64,000 nucleotides of DNA from Promethearchaeota archaeon (GTDB taxonomy: Archaea > Asgardarchaeota > Lokiarchaeia > Sigyniarchaeales > SOKP01), in NCBI GenBank assembly GCA_019058445.1, contig JAHPZA010000006.1:705063-769062 (forward strand), given 5' to 3'. Below, one piece after another: positions 55,125-64,000 of this stretch. Every line of letters starts with the position of its first letter. Position 1 is the stretch's first letter. Under the pieces are notes generated by a model. The model saw nothing but the letters and a program-made list of their open reading frames with translations. It made no database searches and was not told the origin of the DNA. The position numbers and the translations under genes are program-made.

Positions 55125-55511
55125 ATGATTCTTCAAAATATAGAAGCAATTCAAGCGGGTATATTTTATATAACTGTAGCTGCGATAATCATTTCTTTTT
55201 TCCTAAATCTTCTTATATTGCACAAGAAAGCTTGAAATTGGTTTGAATCAAAACGATGGGGTCCTCCTTTCCTTATAAGTGTGATCTGGCTGATACTCGG
55301 TTTTACAATTAACTGGTTTTTACCTACTTATGGATTTTTTATTGCTATTCTTGTTAATCTCATCGTAGGTGCTATTTTAGTCATGATTTTCTACGACAGA
55401 GGTTTTGGCAAATCATTGGCTTTTGTAATTGTAGTACAAATCATCGTGGCCATTCTTTTGATTGTTATTATAATTATCTTTGTTGTAATTCTAGTTATTG
55501 TTGTGTGGTAA
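55125..55511 (+). CDS. Small membrane protein in two in-frame pieces (55125..55235 and 55281..55511) separated by a single TGA
   Basis: MILQNIEAIQAGIFYITVAAIIISFFLNLLILHKKA-TGA-NWFESKRWGPPFLISVIWLILGF... There is no other stop between the pieces. Either these are two small ORFs or one gene is interrupted or read through. Confidence 0.3.
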
Positions 55512-55764
55512 ACAACGCATAATAATAATCGAAATATAATGATTTTTTTTTTACTCCTATTACACTTGAATTAATAATAACTTTCTTACTTTAAATGAAA
55601 GGAGTTTTCTTATCTGATTAAAGTTTTTATCGTTAAAATTAAACGATTTGTTATATTTTTATTGATAAGAATTATCTTAAATTTATGATAAAAGATTATA
55701 TAATAATAGATATGATTTTCTTTCACCATAATTAGATATTAAAGCACAATTATAAGTTCGAAAT

Positions 55765-56484
55765 ATGAAGATATTGGTATTTTTGCCCACTTATAACGAA
55801 AAAGAGAATATTGGAGCGATAATCGATAATCTAAATCGATTAAACTTTGAAAAAGAAATACTAATTGTCGACGACAATAGCAAAGACGGTACTATCGATG
55901 TAATAATGAAAAAAAAGAAAGAAACCGAAAATGTGAACCTTATAATAAGAACTGGCAAAAAAGGGCGGGGCCTTGCTGGTATTGTCGGATTTAAATACTT
56001 TATACAATCTGATTGCGATATATTAGTTGAAATGGACGCGGATTTTGCGCACCATCCGAAATATATTCCTAATTTCTTAAATTATTTTCCAGATTATGAT
56101 GTAGTCATTGGTTCTCGCTTAATTACGTCAGGAAGAGAAGAAGATCGAAAAATAACAAGAAGTTATCTTTCATTATTAGCTAATTTTTTTATTCGGTTTC
56201 TATTCGGAATTAATGTTAGAGACTGTACTAGTGGGTATAGAGTTTTTAAGAAAGAACTTCTAAAAAAACTCGATTTTGATAATTTTATTTCAGTGAATCC
56301 TGAAATAGTCGAAGAATTATTGTATGGATGCGTCCTATGTAAAGCAAAGATAAAAGAAATACCTATAATTTATTACGAGCGTATAGGGGGACAATCAAAA
56401 CTAAATTTAAAGAAGATTTTACTTGTTCTAATTGCTATTATTAAAATTAGATTAAGAGGGAGGGCAATTGTTTTAAGACAATAA
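55765..56484 (+). CDS. GT2-family glycosyltransferase, dolichyl/polyprenyl-phosphate mannose (or glucose) synthase-like
   Basis: KILVFLPTYNEKENIGAIIDNL, ILIVDDNSKDGT, EMDADFAHHP, DCTSGYRVFKK, and a single C-terminal TM helix. Confidence 0.75.
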   Translation: MKILVFLPTYNEKENIGAIIDNLNRLNFEKEILIVDDNSKDGTIDVIMKKKKETENVNLIIRTGKKGRGLAGIVGFKYFIQSDCDILVEMDADFAHHPKYIPNFLNYFPDYDVVIGSRLITSGREEDRKITRSYLSLLANFFIRFLFGINVRDCTSGYRVFKKELLKKLDFDNFISVNPEIVEELLYGCVLCKAKIKEIPIIYYERIGGQSKLNLKKILLVLIAIIKIRLRGRAIVLRQ

Positions 56485-56550
56485 TTTAACCTTTGATAAT
56501 GAGAGCAAAGTAAATTGACCCTAATTATAAAAATCAATTAATGTTCAAAA

Positions 56551-57948
56551 CTAATTGATGATTTTCCCTCTATTTGCATATTGCTTACTGAATTCTTTTC
56601 TTTTTAAAAAATCAGTCATTTTATATAACAGTAGCATACTAACTCCTAATATAATAACTAGAATGAAGTGTACTATCTTATAGCCCGGTATATTAAAATA
56701 ATAGTGTTTTTCTCCAAAGTTTACAAAATTGATTCCTAAAAGGCTAATATACCCTACGATAAAGGGCTTATTTCTTTTAATAAACTCCAGACCGGTCGCA
56801 TCTTGGACTATAAAAGGAACGAAAAGCAAAGTTATTAATGGTAGTAAGAAGATCGATAACCTATAGGCAACATAACTAATAAAATACATTGATATGCTTA
56901 GTAATCCGAATTTTTGCTCAAGACTTAAATTCCTACTTATAATTAATAAAGCAACGATTATATACAATATAATATTTAATATATTATTTACCAAAAATGC
57001 ATTTTCCCTTGATATTTCAATATCATAATCCTGATAGAAGCTTAGATAATGTTGTGAAAATCGTCTGTTAAATCTATAATTTTCCTGTCGGACAAATACG
57101 TAATAATCTCGAATTAATGAAGGGTAAAGTAAAAATAAAAAGTTTTGAGCAACAAAAAAGAAGATTATCATAGCGTATTTCTTTAGGTTTGTTTTATTAA
57201 ATAACTCGTTCTTTTGAATATCATTAAAGAGATATATGAGAAAGTAAAAAAGCAGATAGGGAAACGTTCCGATAATTAATATGAAAAGATTATACGTAAT
57301 CAAATAGAATTTTAAATTTTTTTTAAATGGTTTGATTCTATATTCAATTTCTCGCTTCATAATGTATAGTAATACAACGCTAATAAAGAATTTCGTTTGA
57401 GCGTTTCTAAATTGTTCCAAAACAATAAAACCGTTTGCCATTACGAAAAGAAATAAAAATCTAATCGTTTTCTTTCTCACCTTTAATAATATTAAAATTT
57501 TGTTAAATAGTATTATGTAAAGAAACGACAAGATAATGTTAATAACATAAAACACTCTATAGGCAAAGAATATAGAGGGCAATAAATAAAGCGGGACTCC
57601 TATAAATACAGCAAAATTAGGGAGATATTTATAGCCGTATTTTACCCCAACGGGTTGGATTTCGTTAAAGGCGTATAAATTCCACGGCTCTTCTAGAACT
57701 TTTCCCCCACAATAATACAAATTTGTAAAATCATATGGTACCCCCACTAGCCATGGTCTTACAAAAATAGCGAAATAGAGCGCCCAACAGAGAATGCAGT
57801 AAATAGGGATGATGATATAGAGATTTTCTCTTATGATATTGGAATACTTTTCAGAAAAAACATAAAAAAGGGTATATCCCACCAAAAATATAGAAACGAA
57901 CGTAAAAAATTGAATTGCCATCAATATACTAATATCCATGCGAACCAT
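56551..57948 (-). CDS. Large polytopic membrane protein, possibly a GT-C-type (DUF2029/GT87-like) glycosyltransferase
   Basis: About 13 TM helices. YKYLPNFAVFIGVPLYLL lies in the first third. It sits next to a Dol-P-sugar synthase-like gene. No firm motif. Confidence 0.3.
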   Translation of the reverse strand: MVRMDISILMAIQFFTFVSIFLVGYTLFYVFSEKYSNIIRENLYIIIPIYCILCWALYFAIFVRPWLVGVPYDFTNLYYCGGKVLEEPWNLYAFNEIQPVGVKYGYKYLPNFAVFIGVPLYLLPSIFFAYRVFYVINIILSFLYIILFNKILILLKVRKKTIRFLFLFVMANGFIVLEQFRNAQTKFFISVVLLYIMKREIEYRIKPFKKNLKFYLITYNLFILIIGTFPYLLFYFLIYLFNDIQKNELFNKTNLKKYAMIIFFFVAQNFLFLLYPSLIRDYYVFVRQENYRFNRRFSQHYLSFYQDYDIEISRENAFLVNNILNIILYIIVALLIISRNLSLEQKFGLLSISMYFISYVAYRLSIFLLPLITLLFVPFIVQDATGLEFIKRNKPFIVGYISLLGINFVNFGEKHYYFNIPGYKIVHFILVIILGVSMLLLYKMTDFLKRKEFSKQYANRGKIIN

Positions 57949-58068
57949 CCTTGATAAATGTTAATTACAAAAAATCTTTTAATTTTATTAATTTTCTCAA
58001 TTTTAGAAATCGCACAGTTGATAGTATTTTAATCCATTCTGTTTATTTCGAATTTCAACTTAAAATTC

Positions 58069-59820
58069 TCATTTTTTAGTTATGTATGCTAGAATTATAT
58101 GTAAACCAATGCCTATACCCCATCCTGCTATTGCTATAGCACTCCAAGGGAATTCAGGAGAAAAGAACACATTGAGAATCACTAAATAGATGCTCACAAC
58201 GATGTATCCAATCAAATGGAGAAAAGCAGACCAGTTTAGAAAACCCTTAATTGGCCTCTTGACAACAATATAAATGGCCCCGTGAAAAGCTATTCCGATC
58301 AACCACCCCATAGTAGGGTGTATCAGTAATAAAAGATTTTGACCTCCAATTTCTAGAGCTACCCCTATGATTACCAAGCAAATGATATAAATAAAGAAAT
58401 GGATTATGAACGACCATTTCCAGAATAAAACTTTGGTAGATCTTTTTTCCTTCTCTTTGGTTTTACTTATCCGTGTAATGTACATTATTAGAAGATGGAT
58501 CCCAAGCCCAATTCCCCATCCTAAAATCGGAAAAAGACTCCAGGGTGCTCCTGGAAGAAAGACTACATTAAGAATAACAAGATAAATGCTGGTGATAATA
58601 TAAACTGGCGTATGAAGCAAAGCAGTAATAGCAAAAAAGCCTTTTACGCGGTTCAAATATACATAATAAATCGCTGCATGAAATGCAATACCAATCAACC
58701 AACCCATTGCCGGATGGATTAATAACAATAGGTCTAATCCCTGATTTGCTATATATATCCCAATAATAACCAAAGATACAAGGTAAATTAAGAAATGGGT
58801 TACTAATGACCATCTCCAAAATATTATTCTTTTTGCTATTAAACGTACATCATCATCATGATACTGTTCAGCATATTGTATTCTGACTTTACTCTGGGCC
58901 CTTTCGAGGAAATATTCCCATTTTACAGTAAGTAATGCGTGGATAAGAATTCCCACAGCAGATAAAAGCAGTAAATATATGATTGCCTCCCATGGAAACA
59001 ATTCATAATATCTTGAGAATATTAAATACCCCATAACTATCTGTACATTGAGTAAAATGTAAAAGGTTATATGTAGGATGAACCCTTTTAATACAGCTTT
59101 AATAGCTTCTACGTGGTAAAAAAGGACATAGCCAAACGCATGCCAGGCTAAGAATATCCCCCATGATAAAAAGATTTCTGCTATTATAAGGACTGCCAAT
59201 TCACCTAACCCCGTTCCTACAAACACATAAACGTTAATAATTATAAAAGTAACTATATAATACGTTATATGAACCAATAACATCCAGAAATTCCCAATTT
59301 TAACTATTATCTCGTGCTTCAGTCTTTTCTTTGAAAATTCCTCATGAGTTAGACGTAATTTATTCCATTGAGCATTAAAAATTTTATTCCAAGTGAAATA
59401 TCCTATTGCATGATACCCATAAGCAATTCCCCACATGCCTAATGACCAAGTAAACCAAATGAAAGTCAAGTCTATGAGATTTATTAAAAATAAGTAGAGA
59501 TTTATGGATATATAGAAAAATGTGTGGTAAGTGAAGGTCATTATGTAAGGTGACTGTTCTCTAATATAAGTAAGATATTCAGATTTATCATTATACATTA
59601 TATATGTTAGAGTATGAAAACCTAATCCAAATCCCCAGCCAAATAATGGATGGAATGGCCAGAAGAATGTAAGTCCAGTAAACCTCCAACTAACCAGCCA
59701 AATTGTTATAAGTAAACCATTTACCATGATATAGGTAAATAGGTGTAAGGCATAGACAATCCTATTCGTTAAAAATCTTAAAAACCAATTTTTATGTACT
59801 TCTATCTCTTCATCATTCAT
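58069..59820 (-). CDS. Poly-2TM-domain membrane protein (at least 7 tandem PF13239-like 2TM units)
   Basis: Repeated a-x-x-H-h-x-x-Y-h...h-G-W-G/L-I-G-h-x-x-H units, e.g. FGWGFGLGFHTLTY, LGWGIGLGIHLLIMY, AGWGIGIGLHIILAY, MGWLIGIAFHAAIYY, MGWLIGIAFHGAIYI. Its start overlaps the ABC ATPase stop by 8 nt. Confidence 0.6.
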   Translation of the reverse strand: MNDEEIEVHKNWFLRFLTNRIVYALHLFTYIMVNGLLITIWLVSWRFTGLTFFWPFHPLFGWGFGLGFHTLTYIMYNDKSEYLTYIREQSPYIMTFTYHTFFYISINLYLFLINLIDLTFIWFTWSLGMWGIAYGYHAIGYFTWNKIFNAQWNKLRLTHEEFSKKRLKHEIIVKIGNFWMLLVHITYYIVTFIIINVYVFVGTGLGELAVLIIAEIFLSWGIFLAWHAFGYVLFYHVEAIKAVLKGFILHITFYILLNVQIVMGYLIFSRYYELFPWEAIIYLLLLSAVGILIHALLTVKWEYFLERAQSKVRIQYAEQYHDDDVRLIAKRIIFWRWSLVTHFLIYLVSLVIIGIYIANQGLDLLLLIHPAMGWLIGIAFHAAIYYVYLNRVKGFFAITALLHTPVYIITSIYLVILNVVFLPGAPWSLFPILGWGIGLGIHLLIMYITRISKTKEKEKRSTKVLFWKWSFIIHFFIYIICLVIIGVALEIGGQNLLLLIHPTMGWLIGIAFHGAIYIVVKRPIKGFLNWSAFLHLIGYIVVSIYLVILNVFFSPEFPWSAIAIAGWGIGIGLHIILAYITKK

Positions 59821-60526
59821 CTTTTATCCTCGAATGCTCATGATTTAAAATGTTTCCATCTTCCATTCGGATTATTCTATCAGAGCAAAATTTAAGTCTA
59901 TCATCGTGTGTCGCAATTAAGATAGTTGTTCCTCTTTCTTTTGCAATTTGCTGAAAGTATTCGCCAATTATTTTTCCATTTTCAGAATCAAGATTGCCAG
60001 TAGGCTCGTCTGCCATGATTAACTCCGGATCATTAATTAATGCCCTTGCAATTGCAACGCGCTGTCTTTCACCACCGCTCAAATTTTTAGGGAGATGATC
60101 TAATCGATGTCCCATATTTAACATGTCTAATATTTCTTTGCATTTATCTTTATAACCAGCTTTTTCAAGTTGACCAATTTTATACATGATTTCAACGTTT
60201 TGTATTACTGTTAATGATTTAACTAAATTAAATGCTTGAAAGATAAAACCTATTGATTTTCTACGTGTATCAGTCAAAATCTTTTGCCTAGTTTTTTTAT
60301 CATAGATCTTGTCAGCAAAATAAATTTTACCGGTCGTTGGACGTAGAAGAAGTCCCATAATAGATAATAAAGTGGTTTTTCCCGCTCCACTAGGTCCCAT
60401 TAATAATGCAACTTCACCTTTTCTCATCTGGAGGTTGGATTTTTTTAAAGCTTTTACTACGACCTCTCCAAGATCATAATCTTTAGAAATTTCTTCCAGC
60501 TTTATAATTATATTATTATTACCCAT
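59813..60526 (-). CDS. ABC transporter ATP-binding protein (MacB/LolD/FtsE-type)
   Basis: [15 protein letters not shown] (Walker A), [15 protein letters not shown] (signature), [12 protein letters not shown] (Walker B). Confidence 0.9.
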   Translation of the reverse strand: MGNNNIIIKLEEISKDYDLGEVVVKALKKSNLQMRKGEVALLMGPSGAGKTTLLSIMGLLLRPTTGKIYFADKIYDKKTRQKILTDTRRKSIGFIFQAFNLVKSLTVIQNVEIMYKIGQLEKAGYKDKCKEILDMLNMGHRLDHLPKNLSGGERQRVAIARALINDPELIMADEPTGNLDSENGKIIGEYFQQIAKERGTTILIATHDDRLKFCSDRIIRMEDGNILNHEHSRIKDE

Positions 60527-60556
60527 TTTTTATTCACTTTTCTCCGTATAATTATT

Positions 60557-61696
60557 TTATCCTTTAAACACTATTGCTGGATCTATTCTGTGCACTTTAC
60601 TTACGGAAAACAAGGAACAAAGGATTCCTACTCCGAGATATGCTAAATAAATAGCAATTGAAGTAAAGAAATCAAGTAATATTGGGATTCCTGCACCACC
60701 TCCTAGAGCGCCGAATATAAATGCTAATATAGTACCTATAATAAAACTTAAAGTTATTAGGATAAAGACTTGACCAAGTAACATTTTGTTTAGAAATACT
60801 TTACTAGCACCTATAGCTTTAAGTGTTCCGAATTCGGGGATTTTCTCCTGTATTGTTTGATACATTACAACCGTTATTATTATCATGGCTACAAAGAAGC
60901 CCAATCCCACCAAAATATAAATTGCTCCCCCTAAGCCTCCTTCGTTAATAATCATAGTATGTGTATTTTCCTTAAGTTCATCTTTTGTAAAAACTTCAAG
61001 TTCTTCGATTAGTTCAAGATCATACATCTCGTCTAAATCATCTTGAAAATCATCCATGTCATAATCATCTTCAAGTTCTACACCAATCATACTACTCCAA
61101 TTACCATAAAACGGGGCAATATTCTGAGCAGTCTCGATAGATGCCCAAGCATATGGATTAAACATGAACCTTGTATTTTTACAAAAACCTACAATTTCCA
61201 TTTTAGCTTCACCGAATTGTACATGATCCCCGATTTTTAGTTCAGGAAAATCATTCTTTATACTTTCATCTACAATAATCGTGTTTTCCTCTTCAAGGTC
61301 ATCTACATCCCCTTTTATGATATCCCAGGGCTTAATTTTTTCACTATTAAGTTCGTACCCAAGTAATGTCACATCCGCAACATAATCTTCAGTCTCAAAA
61401 TTCGCACCCTGAAATATTAGCCTCTCCACATCATCAACATCGCTCATAGTTTTGATTAGCTCATATGAGGAATCATTTATTGGTTCCCCTTCGAAAAAAT
61501 TATCCGCATCTTCAGTCAGTACCCACATGTTAAACTCAAATCTATCGAAGGTATCAGTAGATTGAACTAAAACCCCGTTGTACATTCCAGCACTATATTG
61601 TACTAGAAAAATACTAATGGACAAACCCAATAGTATCATTATAAATTTACCTTTCTTATGGAATAAATCCCGTATTGTTAAATTAACCATTTTCAT
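60557..61696 (-). CDS. ABC transporter permease, FtsX/MacB-type (paralog 2)
   Basis: An N-terminal TM helix, a large extracytoplasmic domain, and a C-terminal 3-TM FtsX domain (KIPEFGTLKAIGASKVFLNKML...VHRIDPAIVFKG). Confidence 0.8.
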   Translation of the reverse strand: MKMVNLTIRDLFHKKGKFIMILLGLSISIFLVQYSAGMYNGVLVQSTDTFDRFEFNMWVLTEDADNFFEGEPINDSSYELIKTMSDVDDVERLIFQGANFETEDYVADVTLLGYELNSEKIKPWDIIKGDVDDLEEENTIIVDESIKNDFPELKIGDHVQFGEAKMEIVGFCKNTRFMFNPYAWASIETAQNIAPFYGNWSSMIGVELEDDYDMDDFQDDLDEMYDLELIEELEVFTKDELKENTHTMIINEGGLGGAIYILVGLGFFVAMIIITVVMYQTIQEKIPEFGTLKAIGASKVFLNKMLLGQVFILITLSFIIGTILAFIFGALGGGAGIPILLDFFTSIAIYLAYLGVGILCSLFSVSKVHRIDPAIVFKG

Positions 61697-61697
61697 C

Positions 61698-62822
61698 TCA
61701 CCCTCTAAAAATTATTGCTGGATCTGTGTTATGAACTTTTCTTATGGAAAATAAGGAACAAAAGATTCCAAGAACTAGAGACGCCCCAAATGTCATCAAT
61801 GTTACTATAGGATTAATACCTACGGGTAAGGCTGAATAAAATGAAAGTATCGGTGCCAAAAATATCGCTAAAACTATGGATAAACCATATCCAATAGTTA
61901 CTATAAATATTGTTTGAAGAATTAACATCTTATTAATGAATGTTTTACTACCACCAAGAGCTTTCAGAGAAACTAATTCAGGGATTTTTTCGACAATTGA
62001 TTGATATAAAGTGATAGTGATAATGATCATGGCAACAAAAAATCCTAAAATCGCTACAATTCCAATACTAAATGCTAATCCGAAACCAAACAAGAGATAA
62101 TCTGAAATTTCCTGTTTCATTTCTTCGGATGAAACCACTTTTATCTCATCATCATATCTTTTTAAACGATCTTTCAACTGGTCTACTGAGTAACCATCCT
62201 CGAGTTTAATTGCTAAGTATGAACTCTTATTTTCCATATGTAGGATTCTTTGAGCAGTTTCATAATTAGTAAAAGCTCTTGGATTTCCCATCACATTATT
62301 CTCCTCGCAAAATCCCTTAACCTTTAATTTAGTTTCAAACCCACCAACTTTTAATTTTGAATTGACTTCAAGTTCGGGAAAATACTTCTTAACTATGGTA
62401 TCAATAATAATGCTGTTATTTTTCTTTATATCATCTTTATCACAATCAATGCATCCCCAAACATCAAAATATTGAGTCTTTATTTTAAAACCCAATAACC
62501 TCACCCCTGTTTCATCGTCCTTATATCGTACACCTAGCCAATCATCTATGAATTTATCGACATGTTTTACTCCTGAAATGCTTTCTATTTTATCATACAT
62601 ATCATCTTCAACACTGCCACCCATCATAATATTCGCTCGATTACTTTGGATGATATAACACTCATAATCACCTTCATCGACAACACGGGTGTTCTGGTCA
62701 ACAGATCCTGTCATCATGCCCATGCCTACGTGTACCATTAGTAAACTCACCGTAAGGCCTAGTATCACTAGAACAATTCTGAATTTGTCATGAAATAGAT
62801 CTTTTATTGTTAAATTTACCAT
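61698..62822 (-). CDS. ABC transporter permease, FtsX/MacB-type (paralog 1)
   Basis: Same architecture (KIPELVSLKALGGSKTFINKML...VHNTDPAIIFRG). Its stop lies 1 nt from the next start. Confidence 0.8.
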   Translation of the reverse strand: MVNLTIKDLFHDKFRIVLVILGLTVSLLMVHVGMGMMTGSVDQNTRVVDEGDYECYIIQSNRANIMMGGSVEDDMYDKIESISGVKHVDKFIDDWLGVRYKDDETGVRLLGFKIKTQYFDVWGCIDCDKDDIKKNNSIIIDTIVKKYFPELEVNSKLKVGGFETKLKVKGFCEENNVMGNPRAFTNYETAQRILHMENKSSYLAIKLEDGYSVDQLKDRLKRYDDEIKVVSSEEMKQEISDYLLFGFGLAFSIGIVAILGFFVAMIIITITLYQSIVEKIPELVSLKALGGSKTFINKMLILQTIFIVTIGYGLSIVLAIFLAPILSFYSALPVGINPIVTLMTFGASLVLGIFCSLFSIRKVHNTDPAIIFRG

Positions 62823-63024
62823 TTAAACCATATTTTTTTTTAATTAAATTATATGTAAAAACAACAATAGTTTATATTTAAGATTTAAAGAAGCCAGTTT
62901 TTATAAATTTTTAATTTATAAAATAGTAATTTTTCTATTTTCTTATAAAAACAGCTTTGAATATAAAATAAAAGAGAATTAATAATTACGCAAGAAAATT
63001 CTTTAGAGCCACTATTCAAATTTA

Positions 63025-63561
63025 TTAAATTTTATCTTTCCACACATTAGTAATTTTAGAATATTTTTCTAATGCTTTATTTAACTTGCGCTTTACATTA
63101 TCAGCCCTAGGGCGTATTTCTAAAATAACTTCATATCGTCTAATTGCTTCTGGATAATTTCCAAGTAATTCATAGATGACGGCTTTTTCAAAATGAGCCG
63201 ATAAATGAGTTATATTAATTTTGGTAACTTCATCGAAAGTTCTTATGGCATCTTCATAATTTTTGAGATCTTTAAGTGCTAATCCTTTATTGTAAAATGC
63301 CTTCGTTTGAGTAGCGTCGATTTTTATCGCTTGATCATACGCTTCTATTGCGCTTTCATGGTCTTCGATTTTATCTAAAAGAACACCCTTTTGGTTATAA
63401 TATTCATAATTGTCTGGATGAGCAATCAAGGCCTCATCGATATATTCTATTGCTCCTTCATAATCACCAATGCGGTAAAGCTTCAAGCCAGATTTAAATA
63501 ATTTTTTTCCTTTTTTCTTGTCCACTATTACTTCTGAGCCTGTTACATTTTTTTTAGACAC
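63025..63561 (-). CDS. TPR-repeat protein
   Basis: Four or five 34-aa repeats (GDYEGAIEYIDEALIAHPDN, EDHESAIEAYDQAIKIDAT, KNYEDAIRTFDEVTKINIT, GNYPEAIRRYEVILEIRPR). Confidence 0.8.
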   Translation of the reverse strand: MSKKNVTGSEVIVDKKKGKKLFKSGLKLYRIGDYEGAIEYIDEALIAHPDNYEYYNQKGVLLDKIEDHESAIEAYDQAIKIDATQTKAFYNKGLALKDLKNYEDAIRTFDEVTKINITHLSAHFEKAVIYELLGNYPEAIRRYEVILEIRPRADNVKRKLNKALEKYSKITNVWKDKI

Positions 63562-63641
63562 AGTTCATACCTTTAAATTTTTTATCTATTATTGTGCTAA
63601 TTAACCTATAATAATAAAATTATAGTTTACTAAATTATTAT

Positions 63642-64000
63642 TATGAAAGAAGATATTATAGTAATTGGGGCGGGAATCGGTGGTTTGAGCTGTGCTGCGT
63701 TATTGGCTCATGGGGGTCACAAAGTAAGGGTTCTTGAAAAGAATTCTTATATTGGAGGTGCATGTAGTTCATATAAAAAACAAGGGTATACGCTCGATCG
63801 ATCTGTGCATTTATTTAGCTTAGGATTAAATGGTCCATTTGGGAAAATCTTAAACAGGTTAGGTTTAAACAATTTACAATTCGTCAAAGGAGTAAATAAA
63901 AGGACGGCAATGAAATATTATCAAACAGAAGGTTATTACCCATCGGATTTTAATGTGAACTCTATGATTAATGCTATGAAACCAAGTACATCTAACGGAG
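63642..64000 (+). CDS. FAD-dependent oxidoreductase (phytoene-desaturase-like), 3' end outside window
   Basis: My own translation from ATG 63642 gives MKEDIIVIGAGIGGLSCAALLAHGGHKVRVLEKNSYIGGACSSYKKQGYTLDRSVHLFS... The frame is open to the window end. It is not in the ORF track because no stop is reached. Confidence 0.7.

Noticed and set aside
55233-55235. TGA as a selenocysteine codon
   Set aside because: The residue context is a basic loop of a small membrane protein with no Cys-containing paralog or redox motif, and I could not draw a convincing SECIS-like hairpin downstream.
1-64000. Search by eye for rRNA, tRNA, CRISPR arrays and large IS elements
   Set aside because: There are no GC-rich structured segments of tRNA or rRNA type, no regularly spaced short direct repeats, and no transposase-like ORF. 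The absence is by inspection only; tRNAscan, Infernal and a CRISPR finder were not run.

Overview
This is an AT-rich archaeal chromosomal segment. The archaeal call rests on a TFB with a Zn-ribbon and two cyclin folds, oligo-T gene ends and a BHB splice motif. The gene content (a UFM1/UBA5/UFC1-type cascade) suggests an Asgard/Lokiarchaeia-like genome, which is inference only. By eye I found no rRNA, tRNA or CRISPR array.

Layout:
- 1-7.7 kb: a mobile/defence-like island. It holds a LAGLIDADG endonuclease fragment, a TcmP-like plus small radical-SAM pair bracketed by a diverged ~80-nt direct repeat, and a DUF3696-type AAA ATPase translationally coupled to an unknown partner.
- 7.9-14.3 kb: a bacterial-type grpE-dnaK-dnaJ-clpB row.
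- 14.5-15.9 kb: a 4x zinc-ribbon repeat protein with a Vsr/DUF559-like nuclease domain.
- 17.1-18.0 kb: TFB, whose intact Zn-ribbon lies upstream of the first ATG.
- 18.9-29.5 kb: the most interesting protein system.
  - Core genes: a UBA5-like E1, a JAMM/MPN protease, and one ORF fusing a UFM1-like beta-grasp (ending ...DRGIVG) directly to a full UFC1-like E2.
  - Upstream genes: a multi-winged-helix protein, an SPFH protein and a CDC48-N-like/Zn-ribbon protein.
  - Membrane paralogs: two membrane Zn-ribbon paralogs and three TM/coiled-coil/winged-helix proteins with DDRGK1-like architecture.
- 29.7-50.2 kb: a redox/metabolic island. It holds a corrinoid protein plus URO-D-type methyltransferase, an amidohydrolase-2, an acyl-CoA ligase, LLM, FixC/FixX-like genes and FAD-linked oxidases. 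It also holds a tandemly duplicated HdrD/GlcF-like plus FAD-oxidase module.
- 47383..47413: the second Fe-S paralog of that module is interrupted by exactly 31 nt. These fold into a textbook hBHBh' motif, and excision at the canonical bulge positions restores frame, the Cys motif and the paralog's length. This is a candidate archaeal mRNA intron.
- 50.2-64 kb: duplicated surface-protein cassettes with swapped ectodomains, glycosylation genes, and a MacB-type ABC transporter coupled to a poly-2TM protein.

All family calls come from motifs read in the supplied translations. No database search was run.
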